From Gordius albopunctatus (Eukaryota), in NCBI GenBank assembly GCA_964276515.1, contig OZ193909.1:4526001-4590000 (forward strand): DNA of 64,000 nt, read 5' to 3'. The notes beneath the pieces are model-generated. The model did no database searches, was not told the DNA's origin, and saw only the letters and a list, made by a program, of their open reading frames with translations. Of the stretch, positions 27,201-42,100 are shown piece by piece. A program made the translations under genes and the position numbers. Within the stretch, counting starts at the first letter, position 1. Every line of letters begins with the position of its first letter.

Positions 27201-30200
27201 TGGTTTAATAAAGTTTAATAGAGATGAGAAAGTAGAAAAAAAACTAAATTTTTGGTGAACAAAACCCTTGGTTTTTACAATTTGTTTTACCCAAAAATCA
27301 GAATCTTAAAAATCAAGATAAAAACGGGTGAAACCACACTACGTAAAATTACCGTTGTGTATAACGAAAGGAGCTTCTGGGATTTGGGCAAATTTCTGTC
27401 CAATATGAGCTAAGACTCCCTCGGGCACGCCAGTAGCCGGAGTTTTGAGCGGATCTTTACCCTTGAAAAATCCTGTATAGCATAAAAAAATCTATATTTT
27501 TAAAAACCAATTGTAAAGCCATGATTTATTCCTTAAAAAAGTGTATACCTCACGATATCAAATCCAATAAAATCAAATCAAGCTATGTTCCCCCGCGGAT
27601 ATATAAATACAAAAAGGGTTATGGAATAATAAACAATAATAAGGTGACGTTCTACTTGGGAAAAATGAATTGTTTTACTCATGAAATGTTGATAATTTTG
27701 GCAATCGAATATTAAAGTAGTCTCGTGGAATTTAATTCTCATCCCAAAATTACTATACAATATGTATGGTCCAATCTCATTAATATTATTCGTTTATTAA
27801 ATTCCCGTATACTAAATATCAAAGAAAAAGGGGGCTACATTTTCATTATTAAATAAGAGTGGCAATGAAACGAATGAATACCCTTCCAAGCCGAATCGAG
27901 CCATTTGGTATGCTTGACTTTGGTGATGTGCTTGACGGTATCGTGCGAGCCTTCGCATATCTTCTTGTACTCTTCCTTCTCTTTCTAACACAAAAACAAA
28001 AACCTCACAAAATTATATATTTATTTCAAACGCAAAAAATATAATTAAAACCGGATTATATTACTCTTCTATTTTATCGTGTACAAGATCCCACAGTGGA
28101 ATTATCTAAATTTGTTTTAGCACACGTGCTTGTGACCGTCATGCCTAGGTTTTTTGTATGTAGGCCTAATCTTAACGCACAGTGCGAGTTTAAAATAGTG
28201 TTCAAAGTACGGTATCAAAATGGCTCAATTTGAGCCTTATGCAAAATTTAAACCCATTTCCACCCTAATATAATCATAATTGTCAATCATAACTCGGCAG
28301 AGAGCGAACGTTTTTTATTTGATCATTTGTAAATCTTTTATAAAAGGTCGTTTTAGTCGAACCGATCACATTTAGAGGTTCGTATTGGATATATAATTAA
28401 CCCTATTTTCAACTCAAAACCGACTTAACCTCGCGGTCTTCTACTTGGCCCGGTCGATGGAAAGCAATTTTGCAAAAAAATAAACAATTTAAACAAAGAT
28501 CCTAGCCATAAATATGAAATCAAATTAGTTTTTGTAAAAGTTAATCCGTTTTAGATGGCACCAACTTCGATGTCGCCTTGCGTCACTATTCCCTGTTCAA
28601 TCAACTTTCTCCCGTATATATCCAGTTGACGAGGGTGATTGCGGATCTTTTTGTACATCAGGGGCTGGGTAAAACTAGGCTCGTCGACTTCGTTGTGACC
28701 GTGCAACCTGTACCCAATCTGTATCAAACAAACGCATAAAAAATTAGTCAAGTATGTTTTTAAATTTTGGCAATCAACCACTGGTTTTTGTGGGCAAAAG
28801 GGCATTAAACAAACGCATAAAACTCTCGCAGCTTTTAATTGATAGAATGAATAAAAAAGCATTTGCAACATTCACCACATTGCTCTCTTGTATACCTTTA
28901 ACGAGAGCTAAGGTTAATTTGTTTAAGGCCACGGGGGCTCATCTTCAGGAAACAAAATAAAATGTGGAGACGAAATAAAGTTTGTTAAATTGCTCGCGTG
29001 AGCGATAGTCACTATGTGCTTTGGTCGAGCAAGCACACTGAGTTGTTTAATAGGCGCGTTAGCACAATCTGTGCTCGCTGCTCTAGACAGAACGGTAGCA
29101 TATAAAAATGCTCGAGAGGCCATTCGAAGCAGTAAAATCTGTTCAGATAAGATTCCCCGAGCACTAAACTCGAGCAGATGGCAGATTTAATAGAAGCAAT
29201 TGCTACGAGTTAGTAACTTACAATATTTGCTCATAAACCATAAATAAATTAAGAACTTTGCCCCCCCCCATTTTTATACCACTTTTTCTCACCTAGAGGG
29301 TAAAAAAAGAGGCAAAAACGCAAAATTTTCTTTTAAAATAATAATTATATGAATTTTTACTATGTCAATGACGACGTCCTTGCCAAAAGTGTATCTCCAT
29401 TCGGCAGCCACTTTGCAAGCGTAGTTCACGGCTTCGGCGTCATCGGCGTTGACGTGAAAGATGGGGGCATTCACGACCCGGGCTACGTCCGTGCAATACG
29501 GCGATGAACGGGCAAATCGAGGATCGGTCGTAAATCCGATCTTTGTGGAATCATAATAATAACTTGGCTGTTATTAGCAACTACCATATTAACACATTTA
29601 GAAGGGGAGTTAAAGGTTAAATATTTATTTGCTGAAAGTTGATCATGGATGCTTTAGAAAGGAAAAAATGGGGGAAAGGTGTGGTGGGCCTAGGCATAGA
29701 AGATTACACGATATGTATGTATCTGTAGACACGTACGTGAGTATTTCAATTACTCGACCTATGCATTACAAAAAATAGGATTAAACTAGGGGTCTCACCT
29801 AATAAATATAGGAATCGGCCTGATGGAAAATTTGAGCGAAAAAATGATTTTGCGATGGACAAAACCTTTAAGGCTAGATATTGTAGGATTAATAAGTATG
29901 TGTGCTGCTTTGCCGACAAAAAGTGCAATAAAACTAACGGAATTGACGAGAGAGATGACACACATTTTTGGAGAAAAATTGGGGTAAGAAATGCGTAGCG
30001 ATCAATAAATCTTTATTCAGTGCCTAGGATCTAAATAGCGAGTTGTAGGTGTGGCAGATTATTCGACCCCTCCACGATTCTTAAAAAATAGTTGGCCAAT
30101 CTAAACCTGATATATATATATATATAAATTCCAAGGTATTTACAACACGGCCATCCGTTCCACCGTCATTCTTATAATACATAACCTATTGAATGGGGGA

Positions 30201-33200
30201 TATTATGCGTATAAAACAGAGGTATTCATTTGATATAATGACGAAAGATGGAGCCTAAGAAATGAAATTGAAAATTTTGAAAGGAGCTCAACCCTACGAA
30301 TAAAAGTAATATAGCCAGCAGTGGGCCAAATAGCCTATATTTTTAATCTAATTAGCGAGATCAATCAATATATTATGGATGCAAAATTTAGGTTAATAAC
30401 AAAAAGAAGCAATAATTCACACGAAGCAACGAAATACAATTAAATTGGCGATTAACCAAATTAATAATTTTGCACTTTGGTGGGGGATAAAGTAGAAGTA
30501 AGCAAGAATAATCATAATTTGCTTCCGCAAGCATCCGATATATAGCAACAACCTAGACAAGTTTCACAAAGAAATTAATGTATAGCGCCAATCAGTCGAG
30601 CGCACAAACAATGATGGAATATTGGCTGGGGCGAGGGGTCATAGTGTATTTGCGAAAGCAAGATAAAAGAAGTCATTTATAGAAGCATAGGTACACGCAC
30701 AGCTATGAAAAACACTTGGAAGTTTGTACGGCAATTATGCAAAAAGTACAAGTTGGAGAGCAGGACACTGACTCAAGACAAGAGAAGACAACGAAGAGCG
30801 AGTCCATAAAGTGCATAGCAATTAAAAATTAATTAGAATTTACCGAGCAATCTTTTAGATAACGAAAATTGGAGACGAGTTGTAATACCTGATTATTCAC
30901 GACGATATGAATGGTGCCTTTCGTAGTGTAATTCGGTAATTCGCTAAGGTGAAAGGTCTCGTAAACGACACCCTGACCCGCAAAGGCAGCGTCTCCGTGC
31001 AACAAGATGCTCATAACCTGCACAAAAATAAATTAATAAACCATTTTTACATCAAGTTTCTATTTCCTAGCTACTTCCGTCAAATGTAATGCCAACAAAA
31101 CGTGATGTTTAAAGAGTGTAAAAAGATGTAGCCCCATGAGAATGCAAGCCTGAATTGAAAGCATTTCTACCTTTTTGCCGTGCGTGTCTCCCCGATAGAA
31201 TTGCTCCGAATAGGTTTTCCCTTGCACCACCGAGTCCACGGCTAAATTATAACGGAAAAAACATTAAAAATTATTTTTATTTCAACAATAATTCCGCATA
31301 TGAGGCAAGCGGCCCCCGTCATATTAGAAAATTGATATAGATTTTATTTTTTGTGTGATTTCATCTCCATTTTTCATTTCATTTCTTGGAGATGGGCCCA
31401 AGTGGCCCTAGATAGATAATACCATTCATTCCTACTAGCTTTAACAATTCAGCCTTAGCACTAGTTAACACCACATATACTTACATAATTGCTTGATAAA
31501 TAATTTTATTAGTAAATCGGTCTGCACATTATATCGTACTTGATTGTTTTGCTAAATTATATCCCAAGATATACAATTTTCTCTTACGATATGAGAGTAA
31601 ATTGGCAGGTTCTACGCGCTTAAGCTTAAAAACTATCCGTTTTGTGCTTTGTAAAATTTCTAATTTCTCGTCTACCGTACACGTAATGCGATGACAAAAT
31701 ATGATTTAGGAGGAGAAATAGGGAAACCTTCGAGGTGGGATGGGTTAGCCACGACGGAAATGCGAATCTTTTTGCCGTTTATCCTATTTATCCGTTCGTG
31801 TGACATTCCCAAGTGATACTTCACGTCACCGGAACCCTGAATAAAACACGTAAAAAATAACTTTTTTTTGTAATTTATTAAAGATGCAAAAATAGTTACC
31901 GGCTATTACCGAAAATAATAGTAGTCAAGCCTATTTATTAACGGTTAGCAAGAGGGGAAGGGACTTTTTAAACGTTAGGAGGTTCAAACGCCATGTCAGC
32001 TTTTACGATATTATTATTAATTACATTATTGTTTTTATCGATTTTTACGGATGAAATCAGCACATTAAAAACGCTTGTGTCAATATTTTGAACACGAGCC
32101 TTTTCGAAAACAAACAAAAAAACCTTGAAATATTGCAGATATTTTAGTTTTCGAAAGACTGGAAAAGAAGGTGCAATTGCCTAAATATTTTCAATACAGC
32201 GTTCCTAATAATAACTGAGAATAAGTGTTTCCTCAAAGATTTTGAAAATTTTAGCGAAAAAATGATGCTAAAATACGAAGGAATTAATATCACCACAAAA
32301 TTCAGGATGATAATTTAACCGAAATAATTCAATTCGTATACATTTTAGGTTTGACGAATAAAATGAGGCTAGAGCAGAATGAAAAACCGTAAAAATACAA
32401 ATATCATATGTACCTCATCTGCAGCTTCGAGCGTTTGAAATTGAGAGAAAATATCTTCAAGCGGTTGTCTGCACACGTTAGCCAGCACATTGAGTCGTCC
32501 CCTGCATTGAATTATAGCATATGTATTACATAGTATAGATGACAAACCGAGTCCAAAAGTCCAGTCTGTGGCGATTAAGCCAGTTTTATTTGATTTAAAT
32601 CTACGATAACAATATCCAAGAGTATCGGGCAATATTATAAAAAATTAATCATTTAAGTTCCAATGAAAATTCATGGAAGAAATTACATGAATACAATACA
32701 GCAAACCTCGGGTAAAAAAAGTCTGATTGTTCTTAGAACCTAAATATCCCACTTTTTTAAGTTCAATTCATGATGGTATACAATATATAATGTTACTCCT
32801 CGTTAAAAATAAGAAATAAATTATATGTATCCTTCATCTAATAACGGCTCATATTTGCTTAAATATTAACGCTTAATGTCGTAAAAACATTCAAGAAAAT
32901 GAATAATCTAAAACAAGAGTTCTGTTAATTTTAAATCCAACAAAGATCTATATATGTCAGCTTGCAACAAAAGGTGCATAAAACTAATATTTTCCTAAAT
33001 GGCTACCGGGTTTACATAAATGCCCGTGAAAAATGAATTTTCAGACGGCGCTCTCCGGAGTAAATTATTTAACAAATCTATGCCCATTGTAATTTCCCCT
33101 TATATATATTGGTGGTAGAGCAAATAAAACAAGCAATTTGATATGCATACATTAAATAACAAAATATATGTTAGCGATAATAAATTGATGGAACTGGGAA

Positions 33201-36081
33201 ATAGGGAAAAACCTGTGTGGCATCCCTATAACAATATTTTCTACGCCCAAGGTGCTGGATGTATCGATTATCTGTTTCATTCCCGGTATAAGAACTTCGC
33301 AACCTTCGAGTCCGAATCTCTTTTCCGATGGATATTTCTTCTCCAAAAATTCTTCAAACCTTACAAATGGAAGAATAAAATTGATTTACACGTAAATCAC
33401 GTGATTTAATGTGCCCGCTGTTTTTCCGCGAAAACAAAATTTAATGCATATTTTGCTCAATTTGGATTGAGGAAAAGACATAATATAAATAAGCAATTAA
33501 ATAAATACATGTAAAGGACAAATAAAAATTCAGATTTAAAGGCTTGATCACCAGCATAGGTGACAAATAATTTCAAAAATGACCCAAGTTAATGTAAGGC
33601 ACATTACCCGGTCGAGCGAGTGAGTCGTTTTAGAATGAGTTTTTTATCCTCGGGCCCGATTTCCATAACGTTAGGCGTTTCAAATTTACGTCTCAACCAG
33701 TCGCATTGTTCGATATCGTTTATGAACATGTACTCTAATCCGATGTGTCGGCAATACACTTCCTAAAATTAACATTAAATTGCTAGGAAAAATTTAATTT
33801 TACAAAAATACATTTTTTAATCTAAGGAACCAAAAATTAATCACCAAAAATGGACATAAAATTGAAAACAAGTCCTATATGTATGCCAAACATTTTGAAA
33901 TAAATTGATAGAAACTTAATCATTTGAACTGAAACTAGTGTTGAAGAACTTAACAGTTCTGCTGATAGAATCACAGAATATTGATAGGCGAAGTGGTTTC
34001 AATAAAACATTTTGGATCGTTTTCATGATCGAAGGTATGTTATTATTTATTCATGATAAACCGAAGAAAATTCTCTTGAGATTTAAGCCAATTCAGAGCC
34101 CGCAATAACGCTAAGAGAGATATTTCAGGAGATCTAATAGCTTCTATATCAATGTTTAGAAGAAGATAAGTTCGAATTTGGGCCAGAGGTCATATTTGTT
34201 TTTCTACCCAAACCCGGCCCGGTCCGATTTTATAAATAATCTGCCCGCCCGAACCCTTTTCAATCTATTTGATCGCTCAGTGTTCGCTGGCAACTTTAAT
34301 AAAAAGGCTCGAACCTTTTCTATCAAGTGAGGATTTGGGTCTCACGATGTTATAGTAATATTGGAAAATTTTAATCATTTTGGGCCAATACTTTGATTGT
34401 TAGGAGCGTTTAAAAGCCCAAAATCACGCTCGGGGGCGTTTTGATGATTTTACTAATTTTGTCATATTTCTAAAATCAAAGGGCGCCATCCTCTTGATTT
34501 TAGGTGTATTTTAATCCGGAATTCTCTATCGAAACAATTTTAAAAAAAACCTCATACTTTTGTGCCGCTAATTATTTATGGTCAATTCAGTTAAAAAAAC
34601 AGTTTCCACTTAAGGTCCCCAATTTTACAAGGCACTTCCTTATGACCCAACATCAATTTAAATCCTCAAAATTTTGGGAACGACTAAAAGATTGCCAAGA
34701 ATTCGAAATATTAAAATTTTCACAACAAAAATTTGTATAAAATAACATCGTATGGTGTTTCTTTTTTATAAACTTGATAATTTTCGCCGTTAAACCATAG
34801 CCCTTTTCAATAGGGCTTAATAAAATTTTAATCGTTCGCGATTTCGTGTCCACTTTGAAAAGACCATTTCGATGATTTTGTATTGGACTATCATCTTTCT
34901 TTATGCTATTTCACGGGTTTTTCTTATTTATTATAATCGTAGTTTCGTTGTTAAACTACTAACTTTTTGATAAATCAATTAAAAAACGTTCGCGACTTAA
35001 CTAAATTATTTTTGCAAATATGTAAAAATAAATAAGTATTAATGATCGATAGTAACTTCGAGTCGCCTTATGATATCTTTCAGGGGCAGAGACCTCTTCT
35101 CGCCCGCGATGTGGGTTGAAAAGGGTAAAACGTACACTTTATCCATCGCCATCTTATCTGCAATAATTTAGTATTATCATTATATATATATTGCGATGGA
35201 TTCAACTACCAGAGAAGCGCATATATGATTTGAATGAGTTTAATGCAAAAATCTTAACAGTTCCCAAAATTTCCAATACATTATTTTATCATTGGCTAGT
35301 TCATAGGAAGTTAAACGGAGAGAAAATAACGTTTGTTAGTAGTCTATTGCGTAATAATAGCTATTCCTTTATCACGATCATCACATAGATTAAATGGGAA
35401 AATATGAAAAGAAATTAGCACATAATTTAAAATGGTTTACTATCTTTTATTATGTGGTAGGGTAATAACTAATATTTATAAGATGATAAATATATTCCAT
35501 AGAGGTAATTTAAATTTGATTTATATTGACCCTCTACCTATGTTATAGTTTCTGTAAATGATTTGGGCGGGATTCAGTTTGTGGTAGGAGGTGCTGTTGA
35601 TTTCGAGCGGATCTAAGCTGGCCATGAAATGACCGCGTATCTAGAAATAATTTGGCCGTAATAACTTAAGTTACCTACATTGTTTTTGCATCAAAAGTGC
35701 GTTAAATAACAGCTAAAAATGTCATTTTTTGTAATTTCAAGCGGTAGCTCCGTTGTAGTGTTGCAAAAACGGCTGGTTTCCCTTTGGTCAACCTTCGTCG
35801 CTTTTAGTCGGCTAATCATGGAACGTGACCAGATCAAGGCCACAAACCCTTGGGTAAGTTTAGGCGACTAAGAAAAACAGGCAAAAAACTAGTGGTCCCG
35901 TCATGTTTAGTCGACCAACAAAGGGAAACCGAGCCCCTTTTACAGCACTACTCCATCGATGAATCGAGTCGAGTGTAAAAAAGAGTGAACCTGATACGAC
36001 CTGACGATGGCTTGTACGTTGAGGTGTTCATCGACTATACCCAGTATTTCCCTATCTTTCAGCAGAGGATTCGATTTCAAG

Positions 36082-36124
<43 letters not shown>

Positions 36125-39100
36125 TAGATAATAGAATTAGTAATGAATGACTGCCAGAAGAGTGTTTTTAAACGTAACTCTTCCTCTATTTCTCCAATTT
36201 TTAATTTCCCATAGCAGCGGCCTGGCCTGGTTAAATTGTACAATTTGTCAACCATTTCGACTCGACGGCATCGAGGAAACCATCTCAAGGTCGAAGCATT
36301 TTTGTCGATGCTGTCATGTCATGAATAATACGTGACGTGTGTACGTGCAGATTCATAGTTAATTATGGTGGCAGGGGAGGCAACTTAAAAAAGCTGTTAC
36401 TTTAAGCGTTAAAAGCGATTAGGCGCACCAATTTTGCGATGAAAAATGCCATTTTTTGGGCACAGACTCATGGGAAGGTGCATGGGTGTAGCCGGGGGGG
36501 GGCAGGAAGGGGCAGCTGCCCCCTCTAACTCCAAAAAGTTGTTGAAACTTATTGAAATTATGCCCAAAATTTCAAAAAAAGTTCATTTTGCCTCTCCCTA
36601 AATCATTATTGCCCCCTCCCTCTAATTCCAATGCTGACTACGTCCATGGAGTAAGCATAAATCTTTCAATGAAAATGCCATTTTTCGGCCGTAGAGTCAC
36701 GAGAGGATGGAAATTAAATCGGAGGAAAAGCACGAAATTAAGTTAATTATAATATCCCAATGTATCGCAGAAAAATTTCGTCAAGCCCCAAGAGGGGATA
36801 ATGTCGAAAGAAATCAAACGCACGAGTGACAAACAAAAAAATACGATATTGTTATCCAAAACAACAATCCAGATTAAATTATAGTGCAAAAATAAGGGCA
36901 TCACGAATTTCAGGTTTAAAAACATTTTTTAAAAACGAAATTCAGCAGTATAAAGGTGTTAAGTAGAAAAAGCCGTGATTTCAATGAAAAAGGCAAAAAA
37001 TTTATTGAATAAATCCGTTTTTTACATAAGAGTTCTCATAAAATAATGGCCAGGGTCATTTATAACCTCCGTTCTGGTCCAGGTTGTGTTGGGTCCGAGT
37101 CTGAGGTCCGCTGGAAGGCATGAGGTCTGGTGGCGAAACGTACGCTTGACTCGAGGCCAATCCGTTGGTTTTGGCTCGGAAAAAGGCGTCCCAAGACTAT
37201 CGATTAAAAATAATTTTAATTTAAACACTTAGCTTTTTTTTACTAATAGATAGTGTCGTAAAAACGGCTGGGTCTTGTTGCTTGGTCGATCTTTGGGGTC
37301 TTAGTCGATTAAACATAGAGAGACCAAAGATTTGTAGGCCAAACCTTTGGTCTCTCTATGTTTAGCCGACTAAAACCCCAAAGGTCGTAGAAGCAAAATC
37401 CAGCCGTTTTACAACACTTAGAGTCCCAAATAATGGTATATGATGATACATGTTAAAATATTATATTCCAGTCAAAACCGTTTAATTGCAAAGCCTTTGA
37501 CCTGAAAAAAATTCGCGATTAACCGATATTTCGCGATTAAACGATGGGTAAAAAAGTATATGTACATTATATTAAATATTCATTTCTTACGCTTCGCGAT
37601 AAAACGATATTTTATATAATCATCTGGTTGATTTAAGGACTCGAAAATGTTTGTGAATATCCGATATTGTACTATTAAGCGATTTGTCAATAAACGGTGT
37701 TTTTGTTAATATTATCGTTTGGAAAAAAACAAAATGGCGGTTAACTTCGCGATTAAAAGATTTTTGCGATAATCCTATCTGTGATTAAGAAGTTTCGACC
37801 GTATATATTGATGAGCAGGCATATATAGCCACGGATGGAAATTGTATATTGGGTTTTACAATTTCACACAGTGATTTCCTGCTTAATATATATGTATAAA
37901 TAAATTCTTTGGGGTCGTGTGTAATTGAAGTGATGCATCCCGAAATTTGTTTACGCAATCGGCTACAATATAAAAGCGTGGTGGGGGTGAAGGGGCAAAA
38001 ATTCGCTCTTTTATTTAATTTGAGTAGTCAATTAACCGGGCCAATGTATATATCAACGAAATAAAAGGTGAGCTGGAGCAGCAAGTAGAGTTATAAAACA
38101 AAGGCTCCCCTTTTTTCCTCTCTTTTTCTTAGTCGCATAAATCAACGCCAAACGTTTTCTGGTCAAAACATAGGTCAGCTCGTGGTTAGTGAACCAGAAG
38201 CAAAGGTCGTAGAAGCAAAATCCAGCGGATTTTCGGATTTTACAACACTAGCTGCAAGTAGAGAGCCCACACCGCGACATTGTGTTCCTAATTTTAAACA
38301 GGCAACCATGTGTAAAGATTTATGGGAAAGTCGAATATATATATTTGGAAAAATATTTTAGAAAAGCGGCCATTTTTAATTAAGACATTTGTTTCTACAT
38401 TGTACGTTGGAATGAATTCCTATTTAAAGAATTCGGCAGCGAAAAAATTGCAAACTTGCTTTGAATTGCACCGTGCCCGGCCCAATATTTTGATTTTGTC
38501 ACGAGCCGTCCGAAATATTATATCCGGTAATGTTTGGTAAAATTTATCATTTAAATTGTATTAGATAAAACTCGGGCCTTCGGCCCTCGTGGGAAGGGGG
38601 AAGGGGAGGAGGGGATCGAAGGGGGAACTCATCTACACTCCGTATAAATGTATCATATTTGCTATGCAATTTATGGAAATACTTACGTGAATATTGCAAA
38701 ACGAAGGTTGGAAGCACTAAATAAGTGTATATGCCAAATATCATAAAGGGGGAGAGAGGGAACGAAGGGGAAGCTTTATGGTTAGTTAAATTCTACGGGA
38801 GTTGTATTACCAAAAAGTCATAATAGCAATGGTAGGAACAGGAACAATCATAATAGTCAAAAAAAACGAAAAAAAAATTTTCGAATCACATTTTGGCCAA
38901 AGGTCATTATTTTCCATTGGTCAGCAGCCAGGACACGGTAAAAGTGGATATAAATTCATAACAGTCAAAAAAAACGAAAAAAAAAGTTTTCGAATCACAT
39001 TTTGGCCAATGGTTATTTTATTCCATTGGTCAGCAGCCAGCGGAGGGCCAAAAAGTCATAATAGCAATGGTAGGAACAGGAACAATCATAATAGTCAAAA

Positions 39101-42100
39101 AAAACGGAAAAAATAATTTCGATTCACATTTTGGCAGAGGGTCATTTTTTCCATTGGTCAGCAGCCAGGACACGGTAAAAGTGGATATAAATTCATAACA
39201 GTAAAAAAAACGAAAAAAAATTTTCGAATCACATTTTGGCCAATGGTCATTTTATTCCATTGGTCAGCAGCCAGCGGACGGACAAAAAGTCATAATAGCA
39301 ATGGTAGGAACAGGAACAATCGTAATATTCAAAAAAAACGAAAAAATAAACTCGGATACACATTTTGGCCAATGGTCATTTTTTTCATTGGTCAGCAGCC
39401 AGCGGATGGCCAAAAAGTCTTATTATCATTGATAGTAACAAGAACAATCATAAGAGTCAAAAAAAACTCCGGGATTCTAACCCAAAAACTAGATAAATTG
39501 CATAGCAATTATTAAAAAGTATAGGGTAATTATCAATGTTAACCTATTCAAAAACGAACAAAAAATTTTGATTTATTTGGCCAATGGTAATTTTTTTCAA
39601 TTATCAATGTTAACTTATTCAAAGAAAATTTGAGCCATTTTGGGCTAATACTTTTTGAGTTATGGACGCTGAAATGGCCAAAATCACGCTTGGGCGTGTT
39701 TTACAAATTTCACTATTTTCCACATATCTTCAAAAGTATTGCCGCTAGCTTCGTAAATTTTGCTGTATTTTAATCCTAATAAAATTCTCTATCAGAAAAA
39801 TGTAACATAAAACCGCAAACTTTTGTGGTTAGTGTTTTGTGGTCAAATTAGTGGAAAACTAAAAAAACCACCTTCTCTGTTATATATCATCACCAAATTT
39901 GCTATGGGGACTCCTTTATGCTTAGTTATCAAATTTCAAATTTAAAAAGTTTGGGCACGGCTATGAGTTGGTTGATAAATAGAAAATTCACAAATAAATT
40001 AAAAATATTTCTAGATGGCGGTATAATCAAATATTAAGGAATATAAATTTTAACCATATTTTATTACTAAAGAGCCATATAAAGTATTGTTTGATAAATA
40101 AATCATTTTGGGATATAATTAAAGGAAAATTTTTAAAACACCTACTTAGCACAAAGCAATTGATCGGATTGTAATTTATACCTTAAATAATAAAGGTTAA
40201 AAGTATCTCTTTCTTCAAATATTGTTTAACGTTTAGAGATATGAAAAAGAGTTTCCTTTGACTAAATATAAGATGACGCAATAATGAATCAATAAATATT
40301 CTTTTATTATATAGATTTTATTTAAATAATGATAATGCGCAATAATTAAATTAATTTCGATTTTCACTAAATTATTTTGTGTTGTGCTGTAACCAAATTA
40401 ATTTCTACCGTGTTAAGCGTATAACTGCGTCCGGTGATTGTGTATGGAGACACTTTGAGTATAACATCTGATTTTTTGAGGTTAACTTTATTTAATTTAG
40501 ACGGGAAAAAAAAGATTTTGCCGGACCATTAGGATGTAAAAGATGAGCGACAATATATTCGTTTATTAGATCCTTGTCTACAATTAAGGCTAACCACCAT
40601 TTATTCTGGTATCTACATGCCACGTAACCATTTAGATTTTCAAAATCAATTTCATTCGCTATTTGAATTTCTTCCTCAAAATATTCACTTGAATTAGAAT
40701 ACATCTTTGTTTTAATTATCTTTCTGTCAATAGGTATTGAAGCATGTAGCTTTTGCATCCCAGAAATTGCTCGATTGAATCGAGAGGTAAGTTTCAATTC
40801 CTCTTGTTTAAACTCCTCATTCGTCATATAACCAAAACTTATATTATCGACTAATTCGATCTCATAATTACTTAATGTTTTACCTGGCTGTAGATTTGGA
40901 GTGGATAAAATTCCTTTTTCCATTTTGATTTTTTTTGCCCGTCTTGCCATATAGTATGAAACATTGAAAACGGTCTTAATTTTTTGGGCCGTCCAACTAT
41001 CAGGGAGTAGTGTCAGAATACGATATTTATTACTTTTGTTTAATAAAGGAAAACCAGATGAACTATCTAGAAGTTCGGAATCGATCGAAGATTGAGCGTT
41101 TTCATGGGTGATATTAAAGGTTGTGTCAAGGCTTTTCTTAAGTTTGGCTAATTTTTTCAACGGATAATTTATTTCCCCTAGTCTCTTTATTTTGATGGGC
41201 GATTCGGCAATCATTGGTAATGATGTATTAAGGGCTTGAATAGATGGTCCTGCTATTTCTAAAATCTTATTTTTTTTGGTGAATAAGAAGGATCAAAAGA
41301 AGGGTTCATATTGGGATTATCCCGACCTTGATAAAGTTTTTTGCGACATACATCACATAATTTTGCAATGGGATCTACAAAATTCATCAATTTGGCAACT
41401 TTTCTTATTCCTATGACTTCATCCTTATGTGTCTTCAATGGATTACAGCAATAGTAGTTTTTAGGCATAGAAAATTATATTAATAAAAACTAAGTTTTTA
41501 AATCAATGTTAGAGAGTGGAAAACATTAAATTGATATGAAACCGATCTTGTTTTTAAATCAATAACGCTGTTGCACATGTGGTAATTAATTATTAAATTA
41601 TAGTAAGCTGGATGACTTGCCATATGCTATTTCATAGGCAATAAAAAGCATGGCATTTGCCATTCATTAATGAATGAATTCATCTATGTTTGAAGTAAGA
41701 GATACCTTAAACCTTTATTATTTAGGTATAAATTACAATCCGATCAATTGCTTTGTGCCATGGTTAAAATTTATATTCCTTAATATTTGATTATACCGCC
41801 ATCTAGAAATATTTTTAATTTTTTAAATTTGAAATTTGATAACTAAGCATAAAGGAGTCCCCATAGCAAATTTGGTGATGATATATAACAGAGAAGGTGG
41901 TTTTTTTAGTTTTCCACTAATTTGACCACAAAACACTAACCACAAAAGTTTGCGGTTTTATGTTACATTTTTATGATAGAGAATTTTATTAGGATTAAAA
42001 TACAGCAAAATTTACGAAGCTAGCGGCAATACTTTTGAAGATATGTCGAAAATAGTTAAATTTGTAAAACACGCCCAAGCGTGATTTTGGCCATTTCAGC

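Noticed and set aside
38802..39515. ORFs of 104 and 90 aa, and a superficially CRISPR-like repeat array
   Set aside because: These are translations of a tandem repeat. The units repeat entirely with no unique spacers, the context is eukaryotic and there are no cas genes.
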